From positions 6,882,001 to 6,946,000 of the forward strand of contig CM035355.1 of assembly GCA_020137815.1 (NCBI GenBank): a DNA stretch of 64,000 nt, written 5' to 3'. A program made the translations under genes and the position numbers. Each line of letters opens with the position of its first letter. Positions within the stretch are counted from its first letter, which is position 1. A model generated the notes under the pieces. The model had not been told where the DNA came from and did no database searches. It was given only the letters and a program-made list of their open reading frames with translations. Shown here in pieces: positions 54,528-64,000 of this stretch. This DNA comes from Hormiphora californensis. Taxonomy: Eukaryota > Animalia > Ctenophora.

Positions 54528-55244
54528 AGTATTGGGACAAAAGTATATGTTGGAACTGTTTCTTATGAACTCTTTAGTTTAACAGAAAGATTTATATTAC
54601 TCGCTGTATTCAAACAGTTTGGCTTGTTTTAAAGATTCATTTCTTTCCTTTGAAGAGCCCCGCGTATGATATTTGTAATACGGATTCCGTTTTATTGTGG
54701 GCGTTAACCCGAATACTGGTAAAGAAGAAGAAGAATGTGGGTTGAGAAATGTTCGTCGTGGAGGCAAACAGTTAGGGCAGCTTCTTCTGCATGGAGCATG
54801 GGTTCCAAAAATGGTGGGACACATTGGTCATTGGTGACACAGTCACCCCTCCACTACCAGCTGTGCGAGGGGATGGCATCACCAACGGGATACACATCTG
54901 CTTTTATCGATAGTGTTGGGTTGCTGTGGTTCCTCCTGAAACCCCTTTAGGGATGCCCAGTCTACTCCTGGTCAGTTCCCGTCCTCATTGCGCCGGTTGT
55001 GGTGATCAATGTATTTATGGATGGACGCAGAACAATACACAGGGCAATAATGTCAGAAAACCCGTGAGAGTGGCACAGTCGCTCTGCCCTCAAATTAATT
55101 TGTTTAAAGTAGTGTTGAAAAGTTTCAAACTTTAATTTATTGCCCTGTGTATTGTTCTGCGTCCATCCATAAATACATCTGCTTTTAGTTGAAAACGTCT
55201 AAAACAATTTCACTGTCCACTGATCACTGACCAGGATCACTAAG

Positions 55245-57361
55245 TCAGTGTTCGACCCTACACAGATGCCTGAGTCCTCCTCTCATTCGGGTACTGCACA
55301 CAAAATGAATAATTGGGTTGGCACAACTGGTCAGAAAGGTGGCATAGTAAAACCATCCGATGAGATACGTTTTCACGACATCCTTTCCCCCTGAGATAAG
55401 AGCGAAGGTATCTTTTTGTGGGTTTATGAGCATTACAAAGTAATAGTAGAGTAAAATACAGTTCCAGAGAACAAAGTTTCCCGCAAAGAGAAGTGTTGCA
55501 GAAATGATGTTTCTCTCGCGACTTTCCACAAATAACCGCTGCCTGTCACAGGATCCACGTTTCTTGGCGAACGATAAAACTGAGCCCCGTGCGGCTAGTA
55601 TTCGGCTGTTGACACTGTCAGCTTTAGCTTTGACAGCCCTCTTAAAATGATGCCCCGTTTCAGTTGCCTTCTTCCTGATACCAGATATGGCGGACTCGAT
55701 GGTGGGTGAATCAGATCGAGTTGTTTCTGACCTACTAAAAGTGTGGTGTAGAGAGTTGGATAGAACAGGGTGGACACTGTATACATCCCCTAGGTAACCC
55801 TCCCCGGCCTCCAGGTACTGGACTTGCTGTTGTAGAGTCAACCTGAGGGAGGGGTGTACTATAGAGTTACATGCAGTGTTTTATTATACAACGAGGGATT
55901 AGCACATATGTTACACAGCGACTAAGAATTAGAGATTACAACATGTTATACTGTCAGTTCTTGTAATGTCAGACTATAATACCTTCGTGCTACTTTAGTG
56001 TCCGCTACAGCCATATTGGTTGCAAGGACGGACTGGAGTCCATCTGCCACGGAGATCTTTTTCTGTCTCCGTTTCCTATTTTGTAGGCTGAGCTGCAATA
56101 GCTGGGGATGTGTTGAACTGGTTTAGATAACAACTATGTATCAACGAATTGTATGCACTGAAGTACAGTAGGTATGTATATTATGCATGGGTTCTGATTC
56201 TAAACGGAGCCAATACACGACCCAAGAGCAGTGGTTCCTGGTAAATACAAACGTTCTGTTACCTTGACGGCAATTGAGGTGTTGCAGACCACCATAACAA
56301 TTGTGGCCATGACCAGTGGTATACAGTAGAGCCACATCACTATCCATCTGATCTCTGTCGTGCTATAGATATCTATCAGTCTGAGAGGAATCAGGAAGTT
56401 AGCAGACTGTCAGCATGTAATGCCTGGATATTTTTATAGCTCCGGGGCGTACTATAAGAGCAATTGGGTTAGTTTGATGCCTATCAAGAAACCAATGAGC
56501 TTTTGAACAAACGCCCCTTCTACCTGTAATCGCAGTAGCCCCACTGTGGCTCCATCCGTGTGTTCTCGTTTTTGTAGAGGTGCATTGTGGAACCAATGAT
56601 ACCGACCAACCAGGTCACAACCACTCCCCCAATCACATGGTTCTCTCTGAACCACTTGTCGTATCTGTACAAAAGGTAATACGGTTTGCATGAGGGTTTA
56701 GTCAGAGTGCAGAACCCTCGTAACTCTTCAGAGGGCCAGATCAGGGGCCTGCATCGTATGCCAAGAAATGCGGGGGAATATCATAACACCGACCATGAAT
56801 TTGACTATTGTACTAGCTTACCTGTGAGGAAAGAAGACTGCAATATATCGGCCCATGCTAATCAGTGCCAAGAGGAGAGGAGTACTGATGCTGATAAGAC
56901 ACCATGTGATGGCTGCTGCCTGGCAGATAACATCATCCAGCCAATTGTAATCGAAGAATCTCCGTCCAGAGAGGAGAAGGAGGGAGGCGAACACGGCGTC
57001 AACCCCTCCAATGACATCAGTGACGGCCAAGTTAGCAAATACAAAATCCGAGTTGGTCTTTCGGTGGAATCGGAATATTATCATTAGCACTAGGACGTTC
57101 CCTGGGCAACACAAATATAAGTAAGCAATATAACAGTGTCTTGAAACAAACATCCACTAAACGTGCCATTAGTCTGGTCCAACTCACTTGAGTCGCCTGA
57201 CACTGTGTCCACACTTCACACGAAAACAAAATAAAGTTCAATTCAACAACTCGTTGAAACTCACCTGTAATAATGCATCCTCCGAGTGTGAGGCCTGCTG
57301 CTCCAATGACCATATCCACGGTGTGGATGTAGGCAGTAAAATTGTGCCCCACAATAGACAT
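55245..57361 (-). CDS. Rhodopsin-class (class A) GPCR, multi-exon
   Basis: TM1 GNVLV, TM2 FANLAVTD, TM3 C...LISMGRY, TM4 TW, ECL2 WGYC, long ICL3, TM7 SCANPIIH. ATG 57361 follows TTTTTTCAAG-GC. Confidence 0.88.
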
Positions 57362-59355
57362 GCCTTGAAAAAAAGTGGTGTGTTCTAACAATTACAGCAG
57401 GGATGATCGCTAGAAAGACGAGATACCTCAAAAGAATTATGACCGCAGGAATCATTTGCCAAGTGAAGCCTATATTTCTCACACCTGCCAAAGCGTATGG
57501 AGCGACTCGGTGCATGCCACTAACTCATCTGATCATGAGATTATAAAATGCAGCCTTTTACAAAATTAGAAAATCCTCAGCCGGCCACAACTCGACTAAG
57601 ATCTAGAGGATCACGTTTGTGAGAGAAAGCTAACATCTCCAATCCAATAAAAGGATATTAAAGATTTCCTAACTTATCCGCTAGCACGTGTGCATGGCCT
57701 GTAATATTTAATTTTCCTGCCTATTGCAATTGCCTGCTCTCAGGGCCACATGCGTCCCTAATTAAAGAGCATTTAGATAGAGAGAGGGAATGTGTAGAAA
57801 GAGGGATGCTTTTGCCAGCTGCGCAGCATGACGCACAGCTCCCACGGCAGAAGAAAGAAAGGGAGAGCGAGAGAGATAAAAAGAGAGAGAGAGAGATAGG
57901 GATGAAGAAAGATTTAGTTAGCAGAACAGGAGACTGGATAGTAATTGATACTGTGTATGTCATGTCAGGTACTCAACAATATACTGTCGGGAGAGTCAGG
58001 GCACAATATATGTCAATAGTTTACCTGTCCCTGACTTCCTCCAGAGAGGATGCAGAAATGAGAGAGAGAGAGAGAGAGAGGAGAGGAGAGAGAGGAGAGA
58101 GAGAAGGTAGGGCACGACGAGAAAGAGCCAGGGAGAGAGAGAGAGAGCGAGAGGAGAGCAGCCAGAGACTCGTAGCTCGCTATACGAGTCTCTATCGATT
58201 ATGTCGAGCTAGAGAGAGATCGAGCGTTCTCTCTCCCTATGGATATCTCGATCTTCTTTTCTCTCTCTCCTCTCTAATGTCTCTCTCTATTCGCCTCGAG
58301 AGTATCGCTCTGTCTTCTGTCTCTTCTCCTCTTAGGATGTCTGCTGCATGTATATTCGCGCTGCTCTCCTAAAAGTTCGCCCCCCCACTTCAGAGAGGAG
58401 TCTCGCGGCAGATTTGATCCTCTAAACCCGATATATGTTTCTCTGCATGTCATAATATTCGAGGCAGCTTGAGAGTTGTCACATATTATATTAGTTGATG
58501 GTTACTAGATGCTGAGATAGGTCAGCTTCAAGACAGAGAGATAGGTTGAGTCGCCTAACACTGAGTCAATAGACATGATATCAACCTCTCATATTGGGCC
58601 ATCTGTGAACACTAGGTTACAGAGAAGCTAGTTATAATGATAGCTAGAGTCTAGTGAGTGAGGCTATAGTTACAGAGACATAGAGGTAGAGACAGAGACG
58701 TAGGAGGAGACAGGGGAGAGCAGGAGAGGGAGAGAGGGAGAGATACGGGGGCAAATAGCTGCTATAAGGGTATTGTTACTAAACAATAGACCCCGTTCAT
58801 TTTCTGGCAATCACCACGATGGCACGATACTCATTAGAGTTATGAATTGACAAGAAGAATAGCCAAGAAGGATTTGACTATCTTTAGATTGGGTGATCCC
58901 TCTTTTTCACGTACCATACAACGTGTTTTTGCACAAAAAAGAGTAGGATATACAGAAAAGATCGAGTTAACAACTTGTTGAATAAGTGATCTAACAATCT
59001 GTCTTCTTCTAAGCGCTATTTATAGGTTTTGAAGCTCATAAAATATGCAAAAAATCTAAAACAAAATTACTAATGGTCACCATGGGGCATGTCATCGGTG
59101 TTTTTACAAATTGTCAACTCACTTATAGAAGCAAACAAATAACATTTCACTAACTAGCTCGTTACTGAGCTATCGAACTAATCAAACATCCTTCCTTTCA
59201 TTCAATTTCTTATCAACTTTCGCTCTCTCTCTCTCTCTCTTCGTCTCTCTCTTCGTCTCTCTCTCTCTCCCTCTCTCTCTCTCTCTTCGTTTCTAACATT
59301 TACAGGAGCAGATCAGGGTCGAGTTGTGTGCCACAAATTACTGTATTTACTGGTA

Positions 59356-59512
59356 CAGTCGGACCCCGATTTAGTGGCACCCCGATTTAGGGACAGGATT
59401 TCTTTCCCCCGATATAGGAAATTAACATTAATTGACCCCGATTTAGTGGACACCCCGATTTAGTGGACAAGAGCCTTTCCCCCGAGGGTGTCCCTAAATC
59501 GGGGTCCGACTG
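59356..59512. mobile_element. pogo-like MITE, same family as 6722-6894
   Basis: Identical TIRs with TA on both sides. Confidence 0.9.
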
Positions 59513-59990
59513 TACTTGCCATACCGGACACCCACCATGACCACATCCAGTTACAATGCCAGCTGCTGGGAGTAGCATTAACAGTATTGAACAAGTAGTC
59601 ATGGAACAAGAATTAACAACAGAGCAAGTAGTCACAGAGCAAGTCACAGATCGATACCGATATCTTTAAAGAGATAGAAAAATAGAAAGAATTGGATGAT
59701 CGGAAGGAAGATAACTAACCACTAATGTCTCTAAACGGTTTTTAACTTTTTAGAAACACGAACAACAACAGGTAGAATTCAGATCCATCGATAGAAAATA
59801 AAACAATTTGTTGAGAGGAGTAAAAAGTGCCGAAATAGACAGCTATGATATTCACAGCTCTCCCATAAAGAAAGAGGTGCATGTGTCCTAATAGGCGTTT
59901 ATTTACTATCTCTCTCTCTCTTTCTCTCAGTCTCTCTCACTCTCTAGTCTCTTTCTATCTATCTCTCTCTCTCTCTCTCTCTCCCTCTCT

Positions 59991-60098
<108 letters not shown>

Positions 60099-61604
60099 TT
60101 GTCCTGCCGAGTGCCGGTTATCTAACCCGTTAGCTTCCCCTTTTTTCCAAAAATATATCTAGCTCTCTGCACTCTATATTTCTCTCATTCCTCTTAGTCT
60201 ATTTCTCTCCCCGGGTGCTTACGCCTTACTACCTGTGTCGTAATGCATAGATGATTTTATCACTATAAGAGGACCAACATGTGCACGTGGAGCTAGGTAG
60301 ATATATTTAGTCACATGCCTCTCTATCAGATCATTAGTGTGCTATTGACAGATATACCAGCTCGCAGAGATATACCAGCAGACCATGTCTCAGAGAGAGA
60401 GATATAGTTAATAGTACTGGCCATGATTAACGGAAATGATTATTGAGATTGGAGAGATACAGCATTACAGCAAGACTATGCATTGTATAGGATATAATAT
60501 TATAGCAGTTTCAATTTTGGATCTGAAGCCACTGCTAGTACTTGATAAGATGATCTCTATTACAGACCGTGCTTGAGGCGCACCTTGTGGCGCTAGTACA
60601 CTGATAAGATGGAAAAAAGAAAGGTAGCGAGGATTCGCCTGACCTCTGAGGTTGATTTGGTGTCGCCAGACTAGCAATGATGCATAAAGCCGTCCACAAA
60701 AACGGTGGTTCTGAAGCAGATTTCTGAATCACGCACACACCCATCATAATTATATAATGTCTGAAACAGCTGATCTCACTGTAGACAGAGCCCATAATTT
60801 GCAGGCCACAAAGCTGTCTCTAATTCGTCATAAATTCCACGTCACTACTTCATGATTCTAGGGCGACAACAACAATTATCCTTGTGGTTGACCACAGGCA
60901 GATCTACAGAGTCCGGGATGATAGCTCTCTTTTCTGTCACAAAGAATATATACACGTACTTGTGTGTCATATATCATGTGTCTATAAGAACTGAGAAGCC
61001 TTCATGTGGGAAATCAATCACAATTGCACATGCTCTACCACGTGTACAGCAGCGACTAGCTCGTAATGAATATACTTCCCAGGAACACAAGGAGGAGGCA
61101 ATTTCTAGACCGCCACCACCACCACACTGCTTGAAACAATAGACAATCAGCATCATACAAGTCGGGGGGAATGAAATGAGATTCATCGTTTTTACAGCCA
61201 ACAGAATGCCGAACGCATCTTTTTGGCACTCAGCCCGGGACTTAATGAATGCGAGGGGACCTCAGTTTAGAATCGAGAAAGTTGGTTACGAGATGTGATA
61301 TAGCTGGCTAAATGAGATTCATTGTTTTCAAAGAAGAGCATGTATTGACTTGCCCGTCTGAATGCCGAAATCGATAGAAGCTTAATTAGCTCGTGTTAGA
61401 AATAAAGAAAGTTGTGACTACAACCTTAATAAACTCACCATAGATATCATAATTAGAATGCAACAGAAAAATAATTGCCTTATGAGCATACTGAATAAGT
61501 ATATTATTGTCTCTTTGTGGGCTCTTTGTTGATCAAGGGACGCTGGTGAAATGCTCACCAGATGATCTGGATCTTTTATTGTCTCATATCATATCTCTGT
61601 CTCT

Positions 61605-63171
61605 CTAAACGTGATGACCACACGTCAGCTCAGCAATGTCAATATTCACGTCCATGGTTCTACACCGAGTATGTGCTATCCTGAGCGCCTCACATGGCTC
61701 TATGGAACAAGTCTGGCACGCGGCCAGGTACATGGCACTGTTACAACTCTCTAGTGGGGTCAGGGTGCTTCCACAGACTAGTCCACACTGCTCAGTGGTG
61801 GACTGTGTTGGTTCGTCAACTGTCATGTCACACCAGGGGAAAGTGTCAGATCTCTCGAATAACAGGGAGGCACGGAGTTGTGCCACATCGATTTGAACAG
61901 AGTCCTGGTTTAGCATTTCGGAGGCACTGAGGGGAGACCCGCACATTCCACATAGCCGGTCTTGGTGAGGTGTTACCACAGTGAGAGATAATCCATCCCA
62001 TAGGAGTGTGACACTGTCCCTGTTTGGGAGAGAAGGAGGGGTTTAGAGTGGTGATACAAATTAGGGGACTATTTTGTAGATTTAATTGGACCCGATTGGA
62101 CAGACATTCAATGACAGACTGACAACATGCTCCCTACTAAATTACCTGAGAAGAACGAACATGGTTTCCCCGTCATAATACACAGTAACTCCTTCCAGGG
62201 CGAGATGCATGGGCCTCCCATGAACAGGTTCTCTGATCTGCTCTCCCACGCTAAGGAAGAGCCCCGGACCCAGGTTCACACTCCCCCTGACATCCTTGTG
62301 AAGCAGTGTAACTGAACTCAGACAGAGGTAGTCGGAAGAGTTGGAGCAAGTTGAGAAATAACCGTATAGTGTCCATGTGAATGCGTTGCAGTCCTTGGCT
62401 AAGGTTTCCTTGCATCTAGAAACACCTGAGAATCTCCTTGAGAATCTGCCACTTCCAAAGCTACCATCACTGAACAACCACTCTCTGTTTATCTGACATG
62501 CCCTACCTGTAATATCCAGCCCGCTGGTAGAGCTCACCTGAACTGTATTAGACTCTACCCTCCTACAACTCTCATAGTAACAGAAGTACTCACCAGCCCA
62601 CTTCTTGCCTGCATTTGGTACATGTAATTTATTCCCGCTAACTGGTTCACCGCTCACAATCAGTGGTTCCCCATCCTTCATCCAGTGGATGTCCCTGCCC
62701 CTGCCCCACATGGACGTTACCCCACAGTACAGCTCCAACTCAGTGCTGGCCCCCGTTAGAATCGTGTTGAAGCCCTGTAACTGTAGCACCTCCTGATCTC
62801 TCTCAACCTGGTTGGTATAGGAACAATTCCAGAAGGATCGAGGTGATATTGGGGTGCCATTCAGACACGCTGTCCTTTTTAACTCACAGAAGCTTGTATA
62901 ATCCACACAGTCGCTCCCACATATCTGTTGAACTGTGTGTTTGTGGCAATTACCACACACATTCCTTGTTACATTTAGGAATAATGTCTTTGTAGTGACT
63001 CTGTTTCCTGATTTTCCAATGCACGTGTAATTCCCAGTATCCTGGATTGTAGCGTAGTTGATCCTCCGACGGTAGGTGACAGTGTTACCTGATCTCGCTG
63101 TACTATCTATCTTTGTCTTGTCCGTGTGTTCCTTCTTCACCTCAGCCGCTTCTCCGTCCAAATCACCGTAC
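61605..63171 (-). CDS. 3' part of an extracellular protein: Ig - Kazal - Ig - VWD - C8-like; exons ~63171-62144 and ~62019-61605
   Basis: DTGNYTC (Ig); ICGSDCVDYTSFCELKRTAC (Kazal); LYC...WMKDG...AGEYFC (Ig); CKETLAKDC...CLSSVTL...LLWDG...LCGMCG (VWD); YLAACQTC...CEAL...C (C8-like). 5' exons not located. Confidence 0.75.
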
Positions 63172-63329
63172 CTGGAGATGCGAGTGTGTAGTGAATTTGG
63201 GTGTATGTGTGTTTAAATTTTTCGAATCTTTTTAATATACAGAGACAGCTGGCATGGGGTATTGGACGTTTACTATTTGTAAATGAGGTGTAACAATAAT
63301 TCCACTTGTAAAATATCCACATGTATGTA

Positions 63330-64000
63330 CAGGGTGTCCCACTGTCTTTGCGTGACCTGTGATTTTGGGTGATGAGTGGGTTCCATTCAAATGCTCATAA
63401 CTCATCGAAAAATAGGTCAAAACGGTTCAACCAAAACCAGTGTTGTAGAGAATTGTCAGGCGAACATTTGGGTACAAGATTGATGTTCCAAGTCTTACCA
63501 ATCGTCAGATATATCGTCTTAAAGTCAAAAATACGTGTTCATGAAATCCGACCGGGGTTCACGTTTTGAAAAATTCACAAATGCAAAGTTGCTCGGATCA
63601 CATTACATCCCTCATAAGAGTTGTAGGAAATTGTCTGGCGGTCATTTTGGTACCCGGGTTTTTGTCCTAGCTCAATGTTTAGAGTGTCTTATGACTGTCT
63701 AAAGACGAAATTCAACCAACATTTTTTGAGGGGATCACGTGTCATCAACAAATGGGTAAAATGGTTTGAAATTTATAAGAGCTTCATTGGAATCGTCTAA
63801 AGTTCATTTTGATACCATGATTTTTTCCATAGCTCTACGTTTGAGTTACGTTATGACTGTATGAACATAAAGATTTTTCTCTGCTGAGTCTTAGTTGGTA
63901 TCGGCTCACAACCCCTAATTAGGTGGCTCGGTGTCGTGTGTAATCCCATGATAATCAGCACATATCGTCTCAATTTCATCTAGGCACTTGACAGGGTTGT
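63330..64000. mobile_element. Possible left end of a Tc1/mariner-type element
   Basis: TA followed by CAGGGTGTCCCA; no matching right TIR in the window. Confidence 0.3.

Overview
Eukaryotic (animal) genomic DNA with spliceosomal introns, abundant (GA)n microsatellites and many homopolymer indels typical of an unpolished long-read assembly. The CAGTCGGACCCCGATTTAG MITE family, compact genes and AG acceptors just before start codons suggest a cydippid ctenophore such as Pleurobrachia or Hormiphora (inference). Almost every gene is on the minus strand: ARSG-like sulfatase plus a truncated duplicate, CEP192, and NUDCD3, whose intron holds a nested gene built from two MULE-transposase-type DNA-binding domains. 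A tightly packed co-oriented run follows (EDEM1, RABGGTB, four GNATs, COX4, ALG14, STMP1) that looks like a trans-spliced operon, then a class A GPCR and an Ig-Kazal-Ig-VWD-C8 gene. PTPMT1-like is the only clear plus-strand gene. Mobile DNA includes pogo-like MITEs, two 8-bp-TSD elements carrying tRNA-like Pol III cassettes, a 1.3-kb Chapaev-like foldback, an ORF1-only LINE, and an inverted Penelope pair with hammerhead-like motifs interrupted by a hAT element that itself hosts a CRE-like retrotransposon. All gene identities come from recalled motifs, not database searches; exon boundaries were read by eye.
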